This document shows positions 45,173 to 54,353 of a DNA stretch of 64,000 nucleotides, piece after piece. The DNA comes from Polyangiaceae bacterium. Its GTDB lineage: Bacteria > Myxococcota_A > Polyangia > Polyangiales > Polyangiaceae. The DNA lies in contig JBILLK010000006.1 in NCBI GenBank assembly GCA_044376115.1, positions 1-64,000 on the forward strand. Reading direction: 5' to 3'. The first letter of the stretch is position 1. Each line of letters starts with the position of its first letter. A program made the translations under genes and the position numbers. The notes under the pieces were generated by a model. The model did no database searches. It was not told the origin of the DNA and saw nothing but the letters and a program-made list of their open reading frames with translations.

Positions 45173-48069
45173 TCGAGTTCACCGCCTTCGGCGGCGCTGC
45201 CGGTGCTGCTTTTATTTGGCCGCACGGGCGACTGCGCATGTTGACCACCTTGGTCAAAGCGCGACTGCGACTCGTTGCGGAAGGGGAGGCAACGCTGCTT
45301 GCGACGCCGCCACCGCTCGTCACCGACGACTTCGCGCCGCTGTTACCAAAGCCGGAGATCGTGCTCCTCGCTACCGCGTGCCCGCCGGCACCGGTGCCGT
45401 CGATGAGCGTGCGATTGTTCGTGGCGCGTGAAGATGCGGTGGTGCTCGACAAGACGCTTCACATCTACGGTGATCGACCGATGGGCGCAGCCCCAGCCCC
45501 CTTTCGCTCGATGCCCATTACCTACGATCGCGCCCTCGGCGGCCCGGGGACGGAGAACCCCTCGGGGCGAGGGAACTTCGGGCTCGCTCCCAACGTCGTG
45601 GACCCAACCAACGCCTGGACGATCGCTGGCTTCGCCAACATCGATGCGCGCTCACCGCGTCGACAACGGTTGGTCCGTGGCGCTCCACCGAGGATCGACG
45701 GTTGGCGGCTCGAGGGCACTGAGAATGTCCCCCATGCCTACTACCAAACAGCACCCAACGATCAGCTGGTGAGCCACCTCGCGGGGGATGAGTGGGTGGT
45801 GCTCGATGGCATGCATCCGACGCTCGCCCGCTTCCGTACCCAGCTGCCAGGGCTGACGGTGGGCGCACGCATTGCAGCGCCACGTGAAGTAGCGAGGCCG
45901 CTGCAACTCACGCTCGACCGCGTCGTGATCGACATGCACCGCATGCAGGCCGATCTGTCCTATCGCGGCGCCGTTGCGCTGGAGTGGACGGGACCGCTGT
46001 CGGTGGTGGGTGGGATCGCGACGTTCGAGATCGAGGATGCACACTCCGACACGCAGATCACCAAACCCGGTGTAGCCCGTGGAAACAACCTCGCTTCGAC
46101 GTGGACCGAAGTGGTTCCACCGGCGGTTCACACGCCTGTTCCGGCGGTCCACGCCGCTGCTCCGGCCGTTCGTTCGCCTGTTCCGGCGGTCCACGCTGCT
46201 GCTCCGGCGGTCCACGCGCCCACACACGTCAAGCCAACGCCCCACGCTCCGCCGCCCGCTGTCGCCCCCGTTCAACCGCCTGCGCAGCAGGGCAAGCCGA
46301 CCGACCTGGGCGCAACCTGGACCGATGCAGTCCCCCAGCCTGTGCAGGCCAAGGCGCTCCCCTTCAAGTCGGTCAGTCGCACGCTCGATGGGGAAGTCAC
46401 GCTCACCTCGATTCAAGGGCTTGATTTGGGCCTGCCGTTTCGTTCGGCGCCGCAGGCAAACAAGCCTGAAAAGGTCCCTGTTGCGCGCACCTTCGACGTG
46501 CCTCGGATCGCGGATGATTCGGAGGACGTCGAAGCTACGGCCACGCTCATGACGTCGCCTGCACTGCGGGCAGCGCTGCCGTTCGGTCGGTCTCCAGGTG
46601 AACCCCTCCCGCGGGTGCCTGAAGCCCATCACGCTCCGGACACAGCTCGGGCTCCAATCGTCGAACCTCCTCCGATGCCTGAAGCAGTGCAGCCAGCGGA
46701 AGCAGCGCCGGCAGCGGTGATGCCGTCATTGGTAGCGCCGGTATCGCCAGCGTCTCCGCCTCCTCCGGCGGTGGTCTTGCGCGCCTGGCCAGCGCCAGAG
46801 GAGGACCATGCACCGGCCGCCGCCGTCGCGCCGCCGATGCCGCCTGCGAACGTGGTTGCTCCCGCCCCCGCTGTTGCGCTGGTTGACGGGGGCGCGCCGT
46901 CGCCGCCGCCGGCTCCGATTGCGGTTCCTGCGGAGGACCGTTCTGGTCCGAGTGCGATCGACTCCGTTACGCTCACGGTCGCTCCTGTCGCTGATGCAGC
47001 GCCGGCCGAGACCGACCCAATTCGAATCAAGGTGCTCGAGGCCGTCGCGGCCAAACTACCAATGCGTCGGCTCGATCTTACAAACGCCGACCTCAGCGGC
47101 ATGGAATTGAGCGGCCAAGACTTCTCCGACGCCGTGCTCTCCGGGGCGAACTTGAAGCGTGCGACGTTGAACCAAGCTCGCTTCAGCAACGCAAAACTTC
47201 AAGGCGCCGACCTTTCGTATGCGAGTTTGCAGGGGGCCGACTTCACTCGTGCTGAGGTCGCGCGTGCAAACTTCTGCGACGCCAATCTGGAGGGGGCCCA
47301 GCTCGCGCACGCGAACGCGACCGGTACTCGCTTTGAGCGCGCCAAGCTCGACGGCCTGAAGGCGGCGCACGGCGTATTCGTGACCGCGGTGCTGAACGAT
47401 GCGAGTGCCCAGCGTGCCGAGCTGCGCAACGCCGACCTATCCGGCGCTGAGCTCAATCGCGCGCGACTGAACGCCGCCGATCTGGTGGGGGCCCGCCTCA
47501 GCGAGGCTCGTGGCGAATCGGTCGTGCTCGATGAGGCGGATCTCTCCGACGCTTCGTGCACCGGCGTCAGCTTTGTGGACGCGAGCCTGCGCGGCGCCAA
47601 GCTCGCTAGAACCCAGTTCGATCGCAGTGATCTTTCGCGGGCGAACTTTGATCGGGTGAGTGCACCCCAGGCGAAGTTTGCGCGGGCACGCTTGGAGCTG
47701 ACCTCGTTCCTCCGCGCCGACTTGCCGCGCTGCGATTTCTCCGGCGTGAGCGGAGAAGGGGCCGAATTCTCAGAGGCCAATCTTCAGGGCTCGGACTTCC
47801 GCTCGGCCAAACTTCCCGACGTGCGCATGCAAAACGCGAAGCTGGCTGAGTTGCAGGCGCAGAAGCTGTTCGCCAACGGCGCCCACCTCGACGGCGCCGA
47901 CCTGACGAAGGCGGTGCTGCGCGGCGCGAAGCTGAAGGCCGCGGATCTCGTCGGCGCTCGCTTCGATGGGACGGACCTGCGCGACGCTGAACTCGAGGGC
48001 TGCCGCTTGGACGGCGCGGATCTCTCGAAGGCCAAGGTGAGCGGCGCGAATCTCCGCGGCGCGACGTGA
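45169..48069 (+). CDS. Second DUF2169 domain - Pro/Ala-rich linker - pentapeptide repeat protein
   Basis: TTGA overlap with the previous gene; DFAP..PKPE, DKTLHIYGDR, PF..MPITYDRALGG, APNDQ..L.GDEW; pentapeptide C-terminus. Confidence 0.87.
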   Translation: MIEFTAFGGAAGAAFIWPHGRLRMLTTLVKARLRLVAEGEATLLATPPPLVTDDFAPLLPKPEIVLLATACPPAPVPSMSVRLFVAREDAVVLDKTLHIYGDRPMGAAPAPFRSMPITYDRALGGPGTENPSGRGNFGLAPNVVDPTNAWTIAGFANIDARSPRRQRLVRGAPPRIDGWRLEGTENVPHAYYQTAPNDQLVSHLAGDEWVVLDGMHPTLARFRTQLPGLTVGARIAAPREVARPLQLTLDRVVIDMHRMQADLSYRGAVALEWTGPLSVVGGIATFEIEDAHSDTQITKPGVARGNNLASTWTEVVPPAVHTPVPAVHAAAPAVRSPVPAVHAAAPAVHAPTHVKPTPHAPPPAVAPVQPPAQQGKPTDLGATWTDAVPQPVQAKALPFKSVSRTLDGEVTLTSIQGLDLGLPFRSAPQANKPEKVPVARTFDVPRIADDSEDVEATATLMTSPALRAALPFGRSPGEPLPRVPEAHHAPDTARAPIVEPPPMPEAVQPAEAAPAAVMPSLVAPVSPASPPPPAVVLRAWPAPEEDHAPAAAVAPPMPPANVVAPAPAVALVDGGAPSPPPAPIAVPAEDRSGPSAIDSVTLTVAPVADAAPAETDPIRIKVLEAVAAKLPMRRLDLTNADLSGMELSGQDFSDAVLSGANLKRATLNQARFSNAKLQGADLSYASLQGADFTRAEVARANFCDANLEGAQLAHANATGTRFERAKLDGLKAAHGVFVTAVLNDASAQRAELRNADLSGAELNRARLNAADLVGARLSEARGESVVLDEADLSDASCTGVSFVDASLRGAKLARTQFDRSDLSRANFDRVSAPQAKFARARLELTSFLRADLPRCDFSGVSGEGAEFSEANLQGSDFRSAKLPDVRMQNAKLAELQAQKLFANGAHLDGADLTKAVLRGAKLKAADLVGARFDGTDLRDAELEGCRLDGADLSKAKVSGANLRGAT

Positions 48070-48109
48070 GCGAGCAGGTCGCCCACGTCATACGCAGGGC
48101 ATCGCTGCT

Positions 48110-49099
48110 CTAGAAGCGGCCTTGCAACCCTGCGAAGCCAGGGCCAACCACGAACTCGGTGCTTTGAGCGCTGCCATCCGAGCTGCCGCTGCCGGCGATC
48201 TCGATCACCAAGAAGGTGACGCCGGCCGCCAGCCCGACCGCACCCACGATCAAGCCAACGTTCGCGAGCGTCTGTTTTGTCTGTGCGCTGTCGACCAGTT
48301 CGTCATCTGCGGCGCTGGTGCACGGCCCGTTCTCCCCGCACTTGTCGACCAACTCTGACTCTGCAGCGAGGGTCAGGCCGCCCGCCACACCGAACAGGCC
48401 CATGCCCACGACGCCAACACCACCAAACGCGATCGCCACCGGCAAAAGCCCGGGACCGCCTGAGCTCGGCTTCGTTACGGGGGGCGGCGGCGCAATGACC
48501 GTGGCCGCCGGATGCGCGAGATCAACCGACTTCTTGTCTCCCGCCTTGAGTTCGAGCCGTTGCGAGAACGGCTGCTGGCCCGGCGTTTCGAGCAGGATGT
48601 CGGTGGGCACCGGGTCCAGGGCAAGCGGCTTTCCCCACTGATCCCGCGCGACGGGCGCTCCCGCAATTCGCACGGTGGTTGTCGGTTGGGCGTCGCGTAC
48701 GTTGACCGTAATGAGCGCGAGCTTGTTCGCTACGTCGACGATCTCCATCTGCGCCGATTCGTAGGTGGGCTTGTACTTTGGCTCCGCCACCATGCGGGCC
48801 GAGGCCTCGGCGATCACCCGTTGGAACCAGTTATAGGCTTCCTTGGAATGTCCCAGCTCCGCCTCGCTGCGCGCGATGAAGAGCGCTGAGTTCGGGCTTT
48901 GCACCGCATTGTAGGAGTCTTGAAACTTCTGCAACGCGGCCGGGAACTTCTTCTGTTTGAACAGCGCTGAGCCGGCCGTGAACGCATCGGTAGCCGCCTT
49001 GACGGCTTGAGGCGTGGGCGCCCCCTGAGCGAACGCCATCGAAGGGGCCGACGCAGAGAGTGCGAGCGCTAGAGCTGCTCCGAACCAAAGAGTCTTCAT
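48110..49099 (-). CDS. Exported TPR-PEGA-like protein with Gly-rich hydrophobic hairpin and C-terminal Phe
   Basis: Sec signal; FTAGSALFKQKKFPAALQKFQDSY...SPNS TPR; LDP PEGA-like; two Gly-rich hydrophobic helices; ends GFAGLQGRF. Confidence 0.85.
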   Translation of the reverse strand: MKTLWFGAALALALSASAPSMAFAQGAPTPQAVKAATDAFTAGSALFKQKKFPAALQKFQDSYNAVQSPNSALFIARSEAELGHSKEAYNWFQRVIAEASARMVAEPKYKPTYESAQMEIVDVANKLALITVNVRDAQPTTTVRIAGAPVARDQWGKPLALDPVPTDILLETPGQQPFSQRLELKAGDKKSVDLAHPAATVIAPPPPVTKPSSGGPGLLPVAIAFGGVGVVGMGLFGVAGGLTLAAESELVDKCGENGPCTSAADDELVDSAQTKQTLANVGLIVGAVGLAAGVTFLVIEIAGSGSSDGSAQSTEFVVGPGFAGLQGRF

Positions 49100-49154
49100 C
49101 GCGTAGTCCAAAAGTTAGAGGTGATCGTGTTCAAGGAGCGAGGTGCGGTTTGCA

Positions 49155-52100
49155 TCAAATCGTTGAAGGGTTGTACTTGGGCTTCGGCGGTTTCCCACCG
49201 TTCGGCTTGCCACCGTTTGGCTTGACCGGCGCAGCTGTGGTCGGCTTCGGCGGTTCTGTAGTGACCGTGGGGGCAGCGGTGGGCTCGGCCGTGGGCTCGG
49301 CCGTAGCGCTGGGCGCTGCGGTGGGTTCTGCCGTGGGTTCTGCCGTGGGAGTGGGCTGCGCAGGCGTCGGGGTTGACGTTGGCGAAAGCCCAGTGCTCGT
49401 GGTTTGGGTGGTCGCCGTTGGTAACGCGCTCGTCCCAGGTTTGCTCGCGCTGCCTGAATCAGGCTTCTCCCGCATCGATTCGATCAGCGCGATGATCGCG
49501 ATACCGGCGACCACCCCAACCACGATCAAGATGCCGAGCCGCGCCCACGGTGAAAGTCCGCGGCGAGGAGCGGGAGGCTCTGCTTCGTACTCGCGCTCGC
49601 TCGGCGGCGGGCCGGCGTACACGTCCGGGGCCGCTACCGCGGGTGCAACTCCGATGGGGTCCACCGTAGGCACGCTCACCGGCTCTGCCGACGGTGGTGC
49701 GGGGGAAGGCAGCGGCTCCGACGGCACCACGAGGTTCGCGAACGGATCCGAAGGTGGCGCCACTTCGACGGGAGGAGGAGGCGGTGGAGGCGGCGGTACC
49801 GAACGGTGCGGTTGATCCAGCGCTCCAGCGCTTTTCGCGAGCGCAGCGTCTCGCTCCCGAAACGGCTCCGACAGCGCCTTCTGAACGAAGCTCGCTACGT
49901 CTTCGGTACTGGCGGGCTTGCTCACCACGTCGTCGAGTTTGACCAGCGATGCACGCACAGCATCGGCGTTGGCCGGACGTTTCTTCGGGTCTTTCTCGAG
50001 CAGCTGCATGATGAGCCGCTCGAACTCAGGGTGCAGTTCGGGGCTGAGGCCGCGCGGATTGGCTGGCGTCTTGAGCACGATGTTTTCGATCGTTTTCAGC
50101 TCCGAGTCCCCGCGAAACGGATGCACGCCGGTGGCCATCGTGTAGAGCACGCAGCCAAGTGAGAAGAGATCGCTGCGGCGATCATGCGGGACGCCACCAA
50201 GCTGCTCCGGCGATAGGTATGGGGTTTTGCCCTTTACCGTCGACCCGACGCGGGTGACGTGCACGCGGCCTTTCGACTTCGCGATCCCGAAGTCGACGAT
50301 CTTCACCACGCCCGCTCGGGTCAGCATGATGTTCGCCGGATTGACGTCCCTGTGAATCAGGTCGACGAGCGCACCGCTCCCGTCCTTCAGCTCGTGCGCT
50401 GCGTGCAGGCCGGCGCAGATACCGGCCGCGATTTTGATCAGGATGTTCTCGGGGATCCCACCGGTGGTGCGCGTCGCATTCTGCAAGGCGCCGAGCGTGT
50501 CGCCGTCGATCCACTCCATGACGAGGAAGACGGCTTCTCCCTGCGTAACGCAGGCCAACGTCTGCGCAACGTTCTCATGGTGAATGCGAGAGGCGACCCG
50601 CATTTCATCGGTGAACATCGTCGCGAAGTCGGGTTCATCCGAGAGCTCCGGGAGGATCGTCTTGACCGCAACGAGGTCTGTCGCTCCGCGAGTTCCGGCG
50701 GGGCGTGCAGCCCACACGGTGGCCATGCCTCCTCGGGCTACCGGTTCAATCAGTTGGTAATTGCCGGCTTCCCCGCCGGCCAACACCAACCCGGCGGCGA
50801 TGTCCTCGCCGCGCAACGAAGGCGCGTTCGTAGCCGCGGCACCTGCGTTTTTTGTCGCGGCGCTCTTGCTCGCATGCTCCTCGGTCTTTGCAGCCGCATT
50901 GGCCGGCTCCGGGGTGACCTTGGCCGCAGCGGGCGAAGGGGTCGAAGTTTGCGGCGCAGCCGCAGCTTTCGGCTTGGCCTCGGCGGCGATCGGGGAGGGG
51001 GTGCTCGCGGCCTCTGCGATCGCGCTGCCCGAGCTGGCTTCCGAAAGTGCGACGGGCTCAATCCCCATCAGCGTGTGCTGACGAATCGGTGGACGCTTGC
51101 GCGCGGCGGGTGCTGGCGGAGGAACGGAGGGCGCTTTGGGGGCGTCAGCGACGACAGCCGGGCTCACCGCCGGTGGAGGGAGCGAAGCCGGCTTGGCTTG
51201 CGGCTCTGCCGAAACCGCGGGTGCGGCGGCCTCCACCGTCTCGACCAGGGCGTTGCCGTCTTGGGTCGACGGCTCCTCCAGCATGATCTCGATCGCCGAA
51301 TCCCGGATCTCGCTCGAAGACGCTCGCAGGTCGAGGGTCGGCTCGTCTTCCAAAAGAGACTTCGCCTCTTTGGGAACGGCCGGCGCAGCCAGGGCAAAGC
51401 CCATCAGTGTCTGAGCGCGTGGGCGGATGGGTGGCTTGGGAGCCTCCGGCTTTGCCTCTGCCGAGCTCGTCCCGTTGGTCTTCACCGGTTGCGGGCGTTG
51501 CGAGGCGGGGCCTGGAACAACCGACGAAAAGGCTCGCGCCGGGGCGGTGGAAGGGCGTGGCTGCGAACGCTCGACCAAGCGTGAGCAGAACTCCACGACG
51601 TCCGCGTGAGAGGCCGGGGAGGCGGTAGTCAGAGCGTTGGCAAACTCCTCGAGCGAGCCACGCGCGGCGGGATCTCGCGATAGCGCCCGCGATAGCGCCT
51701 TGGAAAAATCCTCGGGCAGCTCCTCGCGCTGGGAGCGCGCGTCTGGGATCGCCGCGGAGAGCACCTTCTGTACCACCGCGGCTTCCATGCGCGAGGCAAA
51801 CAGCTTGTTGCGCGTGCAAAGCTCCCAAACCACGACGGCGAGGCTGAACAGATCCGAACGTGCCTCGGGCGCGGCCGGTGGCGGACCCAAAGTCAGGCTC
51901 ATTGCCTTCACGCGTTCAGGCGCTGCGTAGGGCAGTCGATCGAGGTTCTTCGCGAAGTGAAGGCCAAATCGGGCTAGCGCACGATCCGCGCTGAAGCCCG
52001 AAACCCGGGTCACGCCGTCTTGCCCGACGAATATGCACCACGGCCCGAGTTCGCCATGGCTGAAGCCTTGCTCCGCGCCGCTCTGTTCATAAGCTGCGGC

Positions 52101-52487
52101 GACCGCGGTTGCAGCGTCCAACCCGATTCGAAGGGCGATTGGTACTGGCAACCCGTCAGGGCCGACTCGACGCAGTAGCGCCAGCAGGCTTTCGGCCTCA
52201 GTCCAGCTCTGAACTACGAACGGCTCGCCGTCGATCGTGCCGGCCTCGAGCACCGCGTTGACGTTCACATGCCGAAAGGCGACCGCCTTCTTGGCTTCGT
52301 TCTGAAGATTGTCGCAAAGCTGTGCGCTCTTCGCGACGTGGCGGTGCACCTTCGTCAAAACGACGCTTTCGGTGCTGCCTTTTCGGTTCGCAATGAAGGT
52401 GGCGCCGACGCTGCTCGCGCTCACTTCCCGCACGAGCTCGAAGCTCCCAAGCTTTTTTCCGGCCGATTGTTGTGGGGTGAGCGCCAT
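49155..52487 (-). CDS. Tandem pseudokinase + Ser/Thr kinase, single TM, Pro/Thr-rich C-terminal tail
   Basis: Domain 1 degenerate (HGELGP, SGFS); domain 2 intact (RGGMATV, VAVK, HRDVNPAN, DFG, YLSPE); TM LGILIVVGVVAGIAIIALI. Confidence 0.92.
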   Translation of the reverse strand: MALTPQQSAGKKLGSFELVREVSASSVGATFIANRKGSTESVVLTKVHRHVAKSAQLCDNLQNEAKKAVAFRHVNVNAVLEAGTIDGEPFVVQSWTEAESLLALLRRVGPDGLPVPIALRIGLDAATAVAAAYEQSGAEQGFSHGELGPWCIFVGQDGVTRVSGFSADRALARFGLHFAKNLDRLPYAAPERVKAMSLTLGPPPAAPEARSDLFSLAVVVWELCTRNKLFASRMEAAVVQKVLSAAIPDARSQREELPEDFSKALSRALSRDPAARGSLEEFANALTTASPASHADVVEFCSRLVERSQPRPSTAPARAFSSVVPGPASQRPQPVKTNGTSSAEAKPEAPKPPIRPRAQTLMGFALAAPAVPKEAKSLLEDEPTLDLRASSSEIRDSAIEIMLEEPSTQDGNALVETVEAAAPAVSAEPQAKPASLPPPAVSPAVVADAPKAPSVPPPAPAARKRPPIRQHTLMGIEPVALSEASSGSAIAEAASTPSPIAAEAKPKAAAAPQTSTPSPAAAKVTPEPANAAAKTEEHASKSAATKNAGAAATNAPSLRGEDIAAGLVLAGGEAGNYQLIEPVARGGMATVWAARPAGTRGATDLVAVKTILPELSDEPDFATMFTDEMRVASRIHHENVAQTLACVTQGEAVFLVMEWIDGDTLGALQNATRTTGGIPENILIKIAAGICAGLHAAHELKDGSGALVDLIHRDVNPANIMLTRAGVVKIVDFGIAKSKGRVHVTRVGSTVKGKTPYLSPEQLGGVPHDRRSDLFSLGCVLYTMATGVHPFRGDSELKTIENIVLKTPANPRGLSPELHPEFERLIMQLLEKDPKKRPANADAVRASLVKLDDVVSKPASTEDVASFVQKALSEPFRERDAALAKSAGALDQPHRSVPPPPPPPPPVEVAPPSDPFANLVVPSEPLPSPAPPSAEPVSVPTVDPIGVAPAVAAPDVYAGPPPSEREYEAEPPAPRRGLSPWARLGILIVVGVVAGIAIIALIESMREKPDSGSASKPGTSALPTATTQTTSTGLSPTSTPTPAQPTPTAEPTAEPTAAPSATAEPTAEPTAAPTVTTEPPKPTTAAPVKPNGGKPNGGKPPKPKYNPSTI

Positions 52488-52560
52488 TTCTGGGTCAGGC
52501 TATCAGGCTCTTTGCAGACGGGGGAAGTTCGCGAGAAGAGAAAAGCTGAGTGTGGTGGTC

Positions 52561-53010
52561 ATGAAAGAAAAAGAACCGTCCGAGCCGATACGCGAAACAA
52601 AGCCGGAGCCGCTGGCTCTCGTCCCTTCAGACAGGGCTTCCCCGTACCCAGTATCGCGGCTTGCCCCAGCGTTTGACCTGGTGGATATCGCCCGCGAGAT
52701 CCAAGAGGCCGACAAACTCCTGGGCGTCGTGGTGAGCGGGCAACTCGACGTGATCGCCGACCAGATCCGTGGGCTGCAAGCAAAAGCGCGAGAACTCCTA
52801 CAAAGGGCAGAAATGAACGCCCAACTCCATCGCGCGGCGTGCAACCTCAAGAAGCGGCCAGGCCACATCTACCACCTGTACCGGCGCAGCGAGCAGGAGA
52901 GCTACTTCTCGCTCTTGTCGCCTGAAGAATGGGGCGGAACGCCGCCGCACCCGCACGAGGGCGCCTACCGTTTGGAGCTCGACATGTCCTTTACCCGCGT
53001 GGAGGCCTGA
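52561..53010 (+). CDS. DUF2452 family protein
   Basis: SPYPVSRLAP, LHRAACN.KKRPGHIYHLY, SLLSPEEWGG, GAYRL..DMSF. Confidence 0.85.
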   Translation: MKEKEPSEPIRETKPEPLALVPSDRASPYPVSRLAPAFDLVDIAREIQEADKLLGVVVSGQLDVIADQIRGLQAKARELLQRAEMNAQLHRAACNLKKRPGHIYHLYRRSEQESYFSLLSPEEWGGTPPHPHEGAYRLELDMSFTRVEA

Positions 53011-53783
53011 GGCTTCGCCCGGGGGCGGGGGCCAGCTTGCTTGCTTCTGGCTTGCCGGCTCTTCACCTTGGGCTTTGGCTTGGCTGCGACCTTGGCGAAG
53101 TTTTCGCAAGACTCCGAGCGCGTGGGGCAGGCGATGCGCACATGAAAGTGATCATCGTGAGGTAGGGCGTTCTTCGGTTGGATCAGCACCTCCGCAGCAC
53201 GCCGGCGCACGGCCTCCGATGCGCCGGAGGCGGCTGCTACCTCCAGCATCCGCTTCTTGAGGTGGGACGCGACGAAGATTTGCAGCACCCGCGCGCTCGG
53301 GTCGGTCAACCAAGCCTCCACTAGCGCCCAGCTTCTTTCAGCGTCGAAGCTTACGCCCTTCATGTTCGCGGCTCGGAAGTCCTCCTCGATCTTCGCAAAC
53401 CGCGGAGCGACGAACGCGGATTTTCCCTTGCGCAGGTAGAAGGCAACGTCCGCGTCGCGACCGCTCTCGTGCGACTTGTGGCCGTCGATGTCGCCGCCCC
53501 CACGCTTCGATAAGTCGGCCACGGTGAGTACGGATCCCGGGTGCGACTTGGCTACCTTGGCAGCGCTCCTCGTGAGCATGTCCACGAGTTCCGGTACGCC
53601 CCAGCGATGCCCACCGACCGAGCGCAGGCTGGAGGAACTCTTGAGCTGCTTGCCCCCCTGAAGCTGACCTTCATTCGGCGAGCCCACGCTGCGCGCGTGG
53701 GGTGGGCGCGGTTGCTTGGCCTCGGCGGGAAGCGCTGTCGCTGAAACCAGCAGCAGGGAAGCAACGAGTGCTGCGAGCCTCAT
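52965..53783 (-). CDS. Penicillin-insensitive murein endopeptidase (MepA-like, LAS family)
   Basis: Signal peptide; SVGSPNEGQL.GG, DLSKRGGG...HKSHESGRDADV.FY, HDDHFHVRI; start ATG 53783. Confidence 0.88.
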   Translation of the reverse strand: MRLAALVASLLLVSATALPAEAKQPRPPHARSVGSPNEGQLQGGKQLKSSSSLRSVGGHRWGVPELVDMLTRSAAKVAKSHPGSVLTVADLSKRGGGDIDGHKSHESGRDADVAFYLRKGKSAFVAPRFAKIEEDFRAANMKGVSFDAERSWALVEAWLTDPSARVLQIFVASHLKKRMLEVAAASGASEAVRRRAAEVLIQPKNALPHDDHFHVRIACPTRSESCENFAKVAAKPKPKVKSRQARSKQAGPRPRAKPQASTRVKDMSSSKR

Positions 53784-53867
53784 CAGCGCGTTTGTAGCGC
53801 TGCGATCGAGTGAGAGCAACTTATCGAACTCTTGGCGCCCAGCCGGCGGCTGCACTAAGGGGCGCTC

Positions 53868-54344
53868 ATGCGTCGTCTCAACGAGTCGGTGGTCTTGTCC
53901 TGCGATGCCGAGAAGTATTGGCAGCTTTTCTGGGATGAAACAGCCATGCGCAAGCTGTACCTGGAGGGGCTTGGGTTCCGTGCTTTCAGCGTGATCGAGA
54001 AGACCGACACCGAGCGGCGGCTCAAGATTCAGCCGAAGATGAACCTCCCGAGCGCGGTCGAGAAGGTTCTCGGGCCGACCTTCGCCTATGAGGAAATTGG
54101 AACCCTCGACCGCACGCGGAACGAGTGGAAGTGGCGGATGAAGAGCCCGCTTGGCGACAAGCTCTTGTCGCACGGCGTCGTTCGCCTCGAAACCAAGGCT
54201 CCGCAGTCCGTGAAGCGTCTGGATGAAGTGACCATCGAGGCCAATATCTTTGGCTTGTCCACGGTGATCGAGATGGCGGCGGAGAAGGAGCTTCGCGCTG
54301 CTTGGCCCAAAGAGTTCGAGTGGTGGCGGGCGCAATTGGCCTAG
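53868..54344 (+). CDS. DUF2505-like (SRPBCC/START fold) protein
   Basis: PKMNLP.AV.K.LG..F.Y.E.G, EA.IFGL...IE...EK..R..W. Confidence 0.75.
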   Translation: MRRLNESVVLSCDAEKYWQLFWDETAMRKLYLEGLGFRAFSVIEKTDTERRLKIQPKMNLPSAVEKVLGPTFAYEEIGTLDRTRNEWKWRMKSPLGDKLLSHGVVRLETKAPQSVKRLDEVTIEANIFGLSTVIEMAAEKELRAAWPKEFEWWRAQLA

Positions 54345-54353
54345 AGTGTCGGC

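Noticed and set aside
44150..48069. Qnr/MfpA-type quinolone resistance genes
   Set aside because: The pentapeptide repeats are fused to DUF2169 in large proteins; the repeat alone does not imply gyrase protection
26685..48069. A complete type VI secretion locus
   Set aside because: Only accessory-type genes, far apart; no tssB/C, hcp, vgrG, PAAR, clpV or membrane complex genes
52965..53010. 46-bp convergent overlap of DUF2452 and MepA-like genes as antisense regulation
   Set aside because: Short tail overlaps are common in GC-rich genomes; the overlapped tail is low-complexity
53784..54335. N-terminal extension of the MepA-like ORF
   Set aside because: Antisense to the DUF2505-like gene; the signal peptide begins at 53783
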